The notes beneath the pieces were generated by a model. The model did not search any database and was not told where the DNA came from. It worked only from the letters and a program-made list of their open reading frames with translations. Shown one piece after another: positions 52,292-64,000 of a stretch of 64,000 nucleotides of DNA. The position numbers were made by a program, and so were the translations under genes. Position 1 is the stretch's first letter. Each line of letters begins with the position of its first letter. The stretch is taken from NCBI GenBank assembly GCA_964016885.1, contig OZ024759.1, forward strand, positions 16,802,001-16,866,000, read 5' to 3'. The DNA comes from Eledone cirrhosa (lineage: Eukaryota).

Positions 52292-52919
52292 TCATCATCA
52301 TCATCATCGTTTAACGTCCATATTCCACGCTTGGATGGGTTTGGACGGGGGTTTTCCCACTTGAGGCAAGAGTGGTTGTCTTGCTCGCATAGGACTGTCT
52401 GGCGGGTTTTCTACGGCTGGATGCCCTTCCTAGCACCAACCACGTTTACAGTGTGGGACTGGGAGGTTTTTACCGTGTTACCTACACGGCCACATTACAG
52501 CGTGGACTGTGTGTTTTTTTTTGTTGTGACACCTACACGACCTCATTTGTTTCGGGCTGGATGTTGTGACACCAACATAACTTTACATTGAAGGGGTGGT
52601 GTGGATGGGGTGGGGGTAGTGGGGCGGGGTGTATTTTGTTAGAGGTGCCTACTGACTGTAGTAGGTTTCACTTTGTACTTAAGTAAGGCGGGTCTTCTCT
52701 ATTACTGTGTAGCGCCAAAGCTCTCGGTCCAGTATATATATATGTATATATATGTATAATATATGTATGGCCAACCAACGCAGGCTGGATATAGAACATG
52801 GTAGCATGGAAAATGGACGTTAAACGATGATGATGTATATTATATATGCATGCATATATATATGTATAGTCTCAGCTGGATGGCGGGAACATGTAAAAGA
52901 GTATATGTGTATGTATGTA

Positions 52920-52976
<57 letters not shown>

Positions 52977-53120
52977 TTTCATGAAATGATATATATATAT
53001 ACACATACATAGTAATAATAATAAAATTGAAGACTAAAATCCAAAGAGGGCTCGATAAGGAAAATATATATCAAATATATAAGAACCGTAGAGCAAATAT
53101 TTATTAAAATAACAGATTAA

Positions 53121-53171
53121 AGTTTAAGCAAAGAATCGCTGCTTTCACCCTTAACGGGATCTTCTGAAACT
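53121..53171 (-). ncRNA. Hammerhead-like motif with variant core CAGAAGA (family B)
   Basis: Minus strand AGTTT-CAGAAGA-T-CCC-gttaa-GGG-T-GAA-AGCA-gcgattctt-TGCT-T-AAACT. Confidence 0.6.
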
Positions 53172-53175
53172 AACA

Positions 53176-53212
<37 letters not shown>

Positions 53213-53281
53213 TACATTATATATATATATAATTATAAAATAACAGGAGGCTGGACTGGTGTAATTCCTTGAAGGTTTATT

Positions 53282-53339
53282 ATACTATGAACATTTCAAT
53301 GACCGGGTTCAGTATGCATCCGGTGACATCATCAGGTAT
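53282..53339 (-). ncRNA. Type I hammerhead ribozyme motif (family D)
   Basis: Minus strand ATAC-CTGATGA-tgtc-ACCGG...CCGGT-catt-GAA-ATG-tt-CAT-A-GTAT followed by AATAAA. Confidence 0.68.
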
Positions 53340-54050
53340 TCGAAATTTAACAAAGGAATATAATAGACACAATCCATGGGGCTGAAAAGGCAGAGAGACA
53401 AGAAGGCGGCCAAACATTTAGCAGTTTCTAGTCCGGGTCGGCCGCCCTCAAGTGAGGACTACTAAGTCTTCTTATGTCTTTCTGGTGAAGGGACATAAGC
53501 TTATAGTGTACTACTACCACTGTGTCATGGACAGAGGCTAGTGGTGGGATCAGGTTATATTGAAGTTGGTCAGAAGTGCTAAAAAGTGCTAAGAAATATA
53601 TTTTTTCAAAAAACATATATCTTTAACAAATCTATATATAGTGGATGGCCGTTGAATCGTTAGTTCCGCCACCCTTTGATGGGTTTAGTTTTTCATCCCA
53701 CAGGATGTCTAAAAATTTCCCTTCTTACCAAGCAAGCAAGCTTGGCGGGATTACTATTTTAGTCACTGGCAACCCAACCATGCAACAGGTTGTATTGAGT
53801 TACATGTTACATGTTATTAGTAGCACTCGAGGGCCACCTGACCTAAAAATTAAATATAGTGTATATCGTTAAGAAAAGTGTTAATCAAAACAGTCAGTTA
53901 AGTCAGTTACCATTTATACTCAGTTACATAAGCATATATATTTATGCGTGTATATATATGAAGTGTGTATGTATATGTATGATATGTGTATGTATATTAC
54001 ATACATGGTATATGTATATGCACGCAAATATATATATATATATATATATA

Positions 54051-54243
54051 TTGTTGAAGGAAGATGTGGTAGAGGTAGACCACGAAATACATGGGTGGAG
54101 GTGGTGAGAACAGACCTCAGATTACTGAAGCTCACAGTGGAGATGACGCAGGACCGTGACAAGTGGAGAGATATGCTGTGCTGAATAGGACCCATCCCAC
54201 CCTTGCAAGCAGGGAAAAGCGGATGTAAAATGATGATGATGAT
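54051..54243 (+). mobile_element. RTE LINE 3' end with (GAT)n tail shared with SINE family 1
   Basis: VEGRCGRGRPRNTWVEVVRTDLRLLKLTVEMTQDRDKWR, then TCCCACCCTTGCAAGCAGGGAAAAGCGGATGTAAAATGATGATGAT. Confidence 0.85.
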
Positions 54244-55409
54244 ATATATATGTGTATATCATTATCATGATGTGTGCATGTATGTATATGTATATGTATA
54301 TTATATACTGGTACCACAAAACACCCAGCCCACACTGTAAAGTGGACGTGTAAAAGACACGGCAAAAAGCACCCAGCACACACTGTCAATGTGGTTGGCG
54401 TTAGGAAGGGCATCCAGCATAGAAAGCCAGCCAGAAACTCTCCTAATATGAGCGAGGCACGGTCACCTGACCCAACTTGCCTCTAAATGGGACAAACCCG
54501 TCTGTCTAACCCATGCTAGCGTGGAAGATAGACATTAATCAATGATGATGATGATACAAATATAAGCCGACTCCACTATTTTATGTCTGAGAAATGGTCT
54601 AAAATGCAAACCTTATTTATGTAGAATTTAACCCTTTAGCATTCAGGATTTATTAATACAACTAACTTTCTTATTATTAACCCTTTATGACAGTATTTTT
54701 AATGAAATACACTCTATTTTAATTAATTAATTAAATTAATTAAGAATTTTGAGAGATTTACTAAAATGTTTATATATTTCATTACTAAGATAGTAACTAA
54801 GCCCTTTAGCATTTACATTACTCTATATTTGTTTACTATTGTATATTCATGGTAAAGGCTTTACCCCACATAATTATCTCACATAACCTCAGGGAGATTT
54901 TGATGAGGTTATTATTTATTTTAAGAAGGATATCTATACAATATGAACTGCTGGTAACGGCTGGTTTCAAAAAAGGGGAAATATTCTGGCTGGACACAGC
55001 TAAAGAGTTAAAGTTGGTGAAAATCTTCAAAATATTGACCCTGAGGTGGGGACACACTTATTCCTTGGTTTATACTCAAGCAAGGTTTATACTTGGTTTA
55101 TACAAAATCCTTTCAAATTCTTGATGCCACAAACCCAGGTATCACTGTCAATAATATGGAGGACAGGAAAATAGCTAAATACCTAGATTTGATTTGACCG
55201 CCTGCTTCCTTTTTGTGCTGGTCACCGGCAAGACCTTGAGTCTCCCCGATCCCTGAACTGCCGTTTTCCTCAGCAAAACTAGTAGTAGCACATCTCACCT
55301 GAGAAAGAAGTCCTGTGAGGTAAAGTGGTTGATGTAGTGGTTGTTTCTGGCTGCTCTTCATCGCAATGTCTTAGCCATTTTGTCCTTGGTGTGCAGCTGG
55401 GATTTGCTA

Positions 55410-56910
55410 CCTAGACAGGGGTGTAGAGTCTGTCACTCACAGCTGAGATATACAACCTAGACTGGGGTGTAGAGTCTACCATTCCCTACCACAGCTGAGA
55501 TATACAACCTAGACTGGGGTGTAGAGTCTACCATTCCCTACCACAGCTGAGATATACTACCACTCCCTACCACAGCTGAGATATACCACCTAGACTGGGG
55601 TGTAGAGTCTACCATTCCCTACCACAGCTGAGATATACTACCACTCCCTACCACAGCTGAGATATACCACCTAGACTGGGGTGTAGAGTCTACCACTCCC
55701 TACCACAGCTGAGATATACCACCTAGACTGGGGTGTAGAGTCTGTCACTCACTCCTCTAGCTGAGATATACCACCTAGACTGGGGTGTAGAGTCTACCAC
55801 TCCCTACCACAGCTGAGATATACCACCTAGAGTGGGGTGTAGAGTCTGTCACTCACTCCTCTAGCTGAGATATACCCTCGAGATTGGGGTGTAGAGTCTA
55901 CCACTCCCTACCACAGCTGAGATATACCACCTAGACTGGGGTGTAGAGTCTGTCACTCACAGCTGAGATATACCACCTAGACTGGGGTGTAGAGTCTACC
56001 ATTCCCTACCACAGCTGAGATATACCACCTAGACTGGGGTGTAGAGTCTACCACTCCCTACCACAGCTGAGATATACCACCTAGACTGGAGTGTAGAGTC
56101 TGTCACTCACTCCTCTAGCTGAGATATACCCTCGAGACTGGGGTGTAGAGTCTACCACTCCCTACCACAGCTGAGATATACTACCTAGACTGGGGTGTAG
56201 AGTCTGTCACTCACAGCTGAGATATACCACCTAGACTGGGGTGTAGAGTCTACCATTCCCTACCACAGCTGAGATATACCACCTAGACTGGGGTGTAGAG
56301 TCTACCACTCCCTACCACAGCTGAGATATACCACCTAGACTGGAGTGTAGAGTCTGTCACTCACTCCTCTAGCTGAGATATACCCTCGAGACTGGGGTGT
56401 AGAGTCTACCACTCCCTACCACAGCTGAGATATACCACCTAGACTGGGGTGTAGAGTCTGTCACTCACAGCTGAGATATACCACCTAGACTGGGGTGTAG
56501 AGTCTACCATTCCCTACCACAGCTGAGATATACCACCTAGACTGGGGTGTAGAGTCTACCACTCCCTACCACAGCTGAGATATACCACCTAGACTGGAGT
56601 GTAGAGTCTGTCACTCACTCCTCTAGCTGAGATATACCCTCGAGACTGGGGTGTAGAGTCTACCACTCCCTACCACAGCTGAGATATACTACCTAGACTG
56701 GGGTGTAGAGTCTGTCACTCACAGCTGAGATATACCACCTAGACTGGGGTGTAGAGTCTACCATTCCCTACCACAGCTGCAATATACCACCTAGACTGGG
56801 GTGTAGAGTCTGTTCACTCCCTACCACAGCTGTAATATACCACCTAGACTGGGGTGTAGAGTCTGTCACTCCCTACCACAGCTGAGATATACCACCTAGA
56901 CTGGGGTGGT
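55410..56910. repeat. 52/46-bp minisatellite with 254-bp higher-order period
   Basis: Unit CCTAGACTGGGGTGTAGAGTCTACCACTCCCTACCACAGCTGAGATATACCA. Variant CTGGAGTG recurs at 56090, 56344, 56598. Confidence 0.93.
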
Positions 56911-57089
56911 AGTCTGCCTCTCCCTCTTTCCCCCTTCCCCGTACTTTCATTATTTAATTTTTCTTCCCCCTGGACATTGATGAATTATAGATTTCTTTTA
57001 ATTTTAAATAATTTTTTCGTTTAATGAAAATTATTTTCAAAATTATTGTTAAAACTCTGCTCTAATGTATCTTTAATGTTGTTTTCCAG

Positions 57090-57185
57090 TATTACTTCAA
57101 CATGGTGCTGATCCTACAATTAGAAACACAGATGGAAAGACTCCTCTAGATCTTGCTCATACCTCAGCTAAAAATGTTTTAACAG
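57090..57185 (+). CDS. TNKS: Tankyrase coding exon 3 (96 bp; not in ORF track)
   Basis: TTTTCCAG acceptor ending 57089. (V)[31 protein letters not shown](G). GTAGG donor at 57186. The gene continues beyond the window. Confidence 0.95.
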
Positions 57186-57596
57186 GTAGGCTTATCACAT
57201 TTTCTCTCCATTCAAAGAATATCATCATCATCTGTTTTATATCAACTTTTCTGTCTTGGCATGGGTTAACTCTTTAGCATTTATATTACTCTCTATATAT
57301 ACTATTGTATTTTTGTGGTAAAGACTTTATCTCTCATAATTATGTCACAATGTATCGAATCTACGAGATTTGATATTATTTATTTTGAGAACAATACCTT
57401 AACATCAGTATGAATGGCCAGTTATGGACAGTTTAAACAGAAAGAGGTGAGATAATTCTGGCTGGATATGGCCGGTTTAAATGCTAAAGGGTTAAATGGG
57501 ACTTTTTTAGTCACAAGGTAGTTGTAATGGTGCCACGATTAATAGCACTTAATCTATGCTGTAATATAGTTGTGTTAGTGCCACAACAAAAAGAAA

Positions 57597-60500
57597 TCAC
57601 CGAGTCCACTTTGTTAGGTGGTTATACTAGTACTATGATGAAAAGCACTCAGTCCACTTTGTTAGGTGGTTGTACTAGTACTATGATGAAAAGCACTCAG
57701 TTCACTTTGTTAGGTGGTTATACTAGTACTATGATGAAAAGCACTCAGTCCACTTTGTTAGGTGGTTATACTAGTACTATGATGAAAAGCACTCAGTCCA
57801 CTTTGTTAGGTGGTTATACTAGTACTATGATGAAAAGCACTGTCCACTTTGTTAGGTGGTTATACTAATACTATGATGAAAAGCACTCAGTCCACTTTGT
57901 TAGGTGGTTATACTAGTACTATGATGAAAAGCACTGTCCACTTTGTTAGGTGGTTATACTAGTACTATGATGAAAAGCACTCAGTCCACTTTGTTAGGTG
58001 GTTATACTAGTACTATGATGAAAAGCACTGTCCACTTTGTTAGGTGGTTATACTAGTACTATGATGAAAAGCACTCAGTCCACTTTGTTAGGTGGTTATA
58101 CTAGTACTATGATGAAAAGCACTCAGTCCACTTTGTTAGGTGGTTATACTAGTACTATGATGAAAAGCACTGTCCACTTTGTTAGGTGGTTATACTAGTA
58201 CTATGATGAAAAGCACTCAGTCCACTTTGTTAGGTGGTTATACTAGTACTATGATGAAAAGCACTGTCCACTTTGTTAGGTGGTTATACTAGTACTATGA
58301 TGAAAAGAACTGTCCACTTTGTTAGGTGGTTATACTAGTACTATGATGAAAAGCACTCAGTCCACTTTGTTAGGTGGTTATACTAGTACTATGATGAAAA
58401 GCACTGTCCACTTTGTTAGGTGGTTATACTAGTACTATGATGAAAAGCACTGTCCACTTTGTTAGGTGGTTATACCAGTACTATGATGAAAAGCACTGTC
58501 CACTTTGTTAGGTGGTTATACTAGTACTATGATGAAAAGCACTCAGTCCACTTTGTTAGGTGGTTATACTAGTACTATGATGAAAAGCACTCAGTCCACT
58601 TTGTTAGGTGGTTGTACTAGTACTATGATGAAAAGCACTGTCCACTTTGTTAGGTGGTTATACTAGTACTATGATGAAAAGCACTCAGTCCACTTTGTTA
58701 GGTGGTTATACTAGTACTATGATGAAAAGCACTGTCCATTTTGTTAGGTGGTTATACTAGTACTATGATGAAAAGCACTGTCCACTTTGTTAGGTGGTTA
58801 TACTAGTACTATGATGAAAAGCACTGTCCACTTTGTTAGGTGGTTATACTAGTACTATGATGAAAAGCACTGTCCACTTTGTTAGGTGGTTATACTAGTA
58901 CTATGATGAAAAGCACTCAGTCCACTTTGTTAGGTGGTTATACTAGTACTATGATGAAAAGCACTGTCCATTTTGTTAGGTGGTTATACTAGTACTATGA
59001 TGAAAAGCACTGTCCACTTTGTTAGGTGGTTATACTAGTACTATGATGAAAAGCACTCAGTCCACTTTGTTAGGTGGTTATACTAGTACTATGATGAAAA
59101 GCACTCAGTCCACTTTGTTAGGTGGTTATACCAGTACTATGATGAAAAGCACTCAGTCCACTTTGTTAGGTGGTTGTACTAGTACTATGATGAAAAGCAC
59201 TGTCCACTTTGTTAGGTGGTTATACTAGTACTATGATGAAAAGCACTCAGTCCACTTTGTTAGGTGGTTATACTAGTACTATGATGAAAAGCACTCAGTC
59301 CACTTTGTTAGGTGGTTATACCAGTACTATGATGAAAAGCACTCAGTCCACTTTGTTAGGTGGTTATACTAGTACTATGATGAAAAGCACTCAGTCCACT
59401 TTGTTAGGTGGTTATACTAGTACTATGATGAAAAGCACTCAGTCCACTTTGTTAGGTGGTTGTACTAGTACTATGATGAAAAGCACTCAGTCCACTTTGT
59501 TAGGTGGTTATACTAGTACTATGATGAAAAGCACTCAGTCCACTTTGTTAGGTGGTTGTACTAGTACTATGATGAAAAGCACTGTCCACTTTGTTAGGTG
59601 GTTATACCAGTACTATGATGAAAAGCACTCAGTCCACTTTGTTAGGTGGTTATACTAGTACTATGATGAAAAGCACTGTCCACTTTGTTAGGTGGTTATA
59701 CCAGTACTATGATGAAAAGCACTGTCCACTTTGTTAGGTGGTTATACTAGTACTATGATGAAAAGCACTCAGTCCACTTTGTTAGGTGGTTGTACTAGTA
59801 CTATGATGAAAAGCACTCAGTCCACTTTGTTAGGTGGTTATACTAGTACTATGATGAAAAGCACTCAGTCCACTTTGTTAGGTGGTTGTACTAGTACTAT
59901 GATGAAAAGCACTCAGTCCACTTTGTTAGGTGGTTATACTAGTACTATGATGAAAAGCACTCAGTCCACTTTGTTAGGTGGTTGTACTAGTACTATGATG
60001 AAAAGCACTCAGTCCACTTTGTTAGGTGGTTATACTAGTACTATGATGAAAAGCACTCAGTCCACTTTGTTAGGTGGTTGTACTAGTACTATGATGAAAA
60101 GCACTCAGTCCACTTTGTTAGGTGGTTATACTAGTACTATGATGAAAAGCACTCAGTCCACTTTGTTAGGTGGTTATACTAGTACTATGATGAAAAGCAC
60201 TCAGTCCACTTTGTTAGGTGGTTGTACTAGTACTATGATGAAAAGCACTCAGTCCACTTTGTTAGGTGGTTATACTAGTACTATGATGAAAAGCACTGTC
60301 CACTTTGTTAGGTGGTTATACTAGTACTATGATGAAAAGCACTGTCCACTTTGTTAGGTGGTTATACTAGTACTATGATGAAAAGCACTGTCCACTTTGT
60401 TAGGTGGTTATACTAGTACTATGATGAAAAGCACTGTCCACTTTGTTAGGTGGTTATACTAGTACTATGATGAAAAGCACTGTCCACTTTGTTAGGTGGT

Positions 60501-63500
60501 TATACTAGTACTATGATGAAAAGCACTGTCCACTTTGTTAGGTGGTTGTACTAGTACTATGATGAAAAGCACTCAGTCCACTTTGTTAGGTGGTTATACT
60601 AGTACTATGATGAAAAGCACTCAGTCCACTTTGTTAGGTGGTTGTACTAGTACTATGATGAAAAGCACTGTCCACTTTGTTAGGTGGTTATACTAGTACT
60701 ATGATGAAAAGCACTGTCCACTTTGTTAGGTGGTTATACTAGTACTATGATGAAAAGCACTGTCCACTTTGTTAGGTGGTTGTACTAGTACTATGATGAA
60801 AAGCACTCAGTCCACTTTGTTAGGTGGTTATACTAGTACTATGATGAAAAGCACTGTCCACTTTGTTAGGTGGTTGTACTAGTACTATGATGAAAAGCAC
60901 TCAGTCCACTTTGTTAGGTGGTTATACTAGTACTATGATGAAAAGCACTCAGTCCACTTTGTTAGGTGGTTGTACTAGTACTATGATGAAAAGCACTCAG
61001 TCCACTTTGTTAGGTGGTTATACTAGTACTATGATGAAAAGCACTCAGTCCACTTTGTTAGGTGGTTGTACTAGTACTATGATGAAAAGCACTCAGTCCA
61101 CTTTGTTAGGTGGTTATACTAGTACTATGATGAAAAGCACTCAGTCCACTTTGTTAGGTGGTTGTACTAGTACTATGATGAAAAGCACTCAGTCCACTTT
61201 GTTAGGTGGTTATACTAGTACTATGATGAAAAGCACTGTCCACTTTGTTAGGTGGTTATACTAGTACTATGATGAAAAGCACTCAGTCCACTTTGTTAGG
61301 TGGTTGTACTAGTACTATGATGAAAAGCACTCAGTCCACTTTGTTAGGTGGTTATACTAGTACTATGATGAAAAGCACTGTCCACTTTGTTAGGTGGTTG
61401 TACTAGTACTATGATGAAAAGCACTCAGTCCACTTTGTTAGGTGGTTATACTAGTACTATGATGAAAAGCACTGTCCACTTTGTTAGGTGGTTGTACTAG
61501 TACTATGATGAAAAGCACTCAGTCCACTTTGTTAGGTGGTTATACTAGTACTATGATGAAAAGCACTCAGTCCACTTTGTTAGGTGGTTGTACTAGTACT
61601 ATGATGAAAAGCACTCAGTCCACTTTGTTAGGTGGTTGTACTAGTACTATGATGAAAAGCACTCAGTCCACTTTGTTAGGTGGTTATACTAGTACTATGA
61701 TGAAAAGCACTTAGTCCACTTTGTTAGGTGGTTATACTAGTACTATGATGAAAAGCACTCAGTCCACTTTGTTAGGTGGTTATACTAGTACTATGATGAA
61801 AAGCACTCAGTCCACTTTGTTAGGTGGTTATACTAGTACTATGATGAAAAGCACTCAGTCCACTTTGTTAGGTGGTTGTACTAGTACTATGATGAAAAGT
61901 ACTCAGTCCACTTTGTTAGGTGGTTATACTAGTACTATGATGAAAAGCACTCAGTCCACTTTGTTAGGTGGTTATACTAGTACTATGATGAAAAGCACTG
62001 TCCACTTTGTTAGGTGGTTATACTAGTACTATGATGAAAAGCACTCAGTCCACTTTGTTAGGTGGTTGTACTAGTACTATGATGAAAAGTACTCAGTCCA
62101 CTTTGTTAGGTGGTTATACTAGTACTATGATGAAAAGTACTCAGTCCACTTTGTTAGGTGGTTATACTAGTACTATGATGAAAAGTACTCAGTCCACTTT
62201 GTTAGGTGGTTATACTAGTACTATGATGAAAAGCACTCAGTCCACTTTGTTAGGTGGTTATACTAGTACTATGATGAAAAGCACTCAGTCCACTTTGTTA
62301 GGTGGTTATACTAGTACTATGATGAAAAGCACTGTCCACTTTGTTAGGTGGTTATACTAGTACTATGATGAAAAGCACTCAGTCCACTTTGTTAGGTGGT
62401 TGTACTAGTACTATGATGAAAAGTACTCAGTCCACTTTGTTAGGTGGTTATACTAGTACTATGATGAAAAGTACTCAGTCCACTTTGTTAGGTGGTTATA
62501 CTAGTACTATGATGAAAAGCACTGTCCACTTTGTTAGGTGGTTGTACTAGTACTATGATGAAAAGCACTCAGTCCACTTTGTTAGGTGGTTATACTAGTA
62601 CTATGATGAAAAGCACTCAGTCCACTTTGTTAGGTGGTTATACTAGTACTATGATGAAAAGCACTGTCCACTTTGTTAGGTGGTTATACTAGTACTATGA
62701 TGAAAAGCACTGTCCACTTTGTTAGGTGGTTATACTAGTACTATGATGAAAAGCACTCAGTCCACTTTGTTAGGTGGTTATACTAGTACTATGATGAAAA
62801 GCACTCAGTCCACTTTGTTAGGTGGTTATACTAGTACTATGATGAAAAGCACTCAGTCCACTTTGTTAGGTGGTTATACTAGTACTATGATGAAAAGCAC
62901 TCAGTCCACTTTGTTAGGTGGTTATACTAGTACTATGATGAAAAGCACTCAGTCCACTTTGTTAGGTGGTTGTACTAGTACTATGATGAAAAGTACTCAG
63001 TCCACTTTGTTAGGTGGTTATACTAGTACTATGATGAAAAGCACTCAGTCCACTTTGTTAGGTGGTTATACTAGTACTATGATGAAAAGTACTCAGTCCA
63101 CTTTGTTAGGTGGTTATACTAGTACTATGATGAAAAGCACTATCCACTTTGTTAGGTGGTTATACTAGTACTATGATGAAAAGCACTCAGTCCACTTTGT
63201 TAGGTGGTTATACTAGTACTATGATGAAAAGCACTCAGTCCACTTTGTTAGGTGGTTATACTAGTACTATGATGAAAAGCACTCAGTCCACTTTGTTAGG
63301 TGGTTATACTAGTACTATGATGAAAAGCACTCAGTCCACTTTGTTAGGTGGTTATACTAGTACTATGATGAAAAGCACTCAGTCCACTTTGTTAGGTGGT
63401 TATACTAGTACTATGATGAAAAGCACTCAGTCCACTTTGTTAGGTGGTTGTACTAGTACTATGATGAAAAGCACTGTCCACTTTGTTAGGTGGTTATACT

Positions 63501-64000
63501 AGTACTATGATGAAAAGCACTCAGTCCACTTTGTTAGGTGGTTATACTAGTACTATGATGAAAAGCACTCAGTCCACTTTGTTAGGTGGTTATACTAGTA
63601 CTATGATGAAAAGCACTCAGTCCACTTTGTTAGGTGGTTATACTAGTACTATGATGAAAAGCACTCAGTCCACTTTGTTAGGTGGTTATACTAGTACTAT
63701 GATGAAAAGCACTCAGTCCACTTTGTTAGGTGGTTGTACTAGTACTATGATGAAAAGCACTGTCCACTTTGTTAGGTGGTTATACTAGTACTATGATGAA
63801 AAGCACTCAGTCCACTTTGTTAGGTGGTTATACTAGTACTATGATGAAAAGCACTCAGTCCACTTTGTTAGGTGGTTATACTAGTACTATGATGAAAAGC
63901 ACTCAGTCCACTTTGTTAGGTGGTTATACTAGTACTATGATGAAAAGCACTGTCCACTTTGTTAGGTGGTTATACTAGTACTATGATGAAAAGCACTGTC
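57597..64000. repeat. 48/46-bp satellite, roughly 135 copies, continues beyond the window
   Basis: Unit AAAAGCACT(CA)GTCCACTTTGTTAGGTGGTT(A/G)TACTAGTACTATGATG. The LLGGYTSTMMKSTQST ORFs are its translation. Confidence 0.98.

Noticed and set aside
55113-55400. 82-aa minus-strand ORF as a LINE 5' fragment
   Set aside because: No motif recognised with confidence; needs a database search.
57527-63978. Series of LLGGYTSTMMKSTQST ORFs
   Set aside because: Translation of a 48-bp satellite, broken at every 46-bp unit. The TGATGA in each unit has no same-strand box D or hammerhead partner.

Overview
Repeat-rich, AT-rich eukaryotic DNA. The SINE, LINE and MITE repertoire most resembles an octopus (coleoid cephalopod) genome; this is inference. 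Two host genes lie on the + strand. The first is the last four coding exons of RRP5/PDCD11 (1066-6282; the final exon is missed by the ORF track). The second is the first three coding exons of tankyrase (11102-11315, 41800-42024, 57090-57185), separated by ~30 kb and ~15 kb introns. The introns hold tRNA-headed CORE-type and Meta-type SINEs; RTE, R4/Dong and Tx1-like LINE remnants; mariner (DD34D) and maT-like (DD37D-type) transposon relics; a non-autonomous Helitron; piggyBac-, hAT- and Tigger-type MITEs; and several satellites. Most notable unannotated signal: at least four sequence families of minimal type I hammerhead-ribozyme motifs (about ten copies), beside (TA)n tracts and often in inverted pairs, as seen in Penelope-like elements and retrozymes. 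Two large satellites can be traced to transposon parts: a 48/46-bp array from a SINE internal module, and a 43-bp array inside a TTAA-flanked element. Most ORFs in the supplied track are microsatellite artefacts. Repeat boundaries were read by eye and are approximate.
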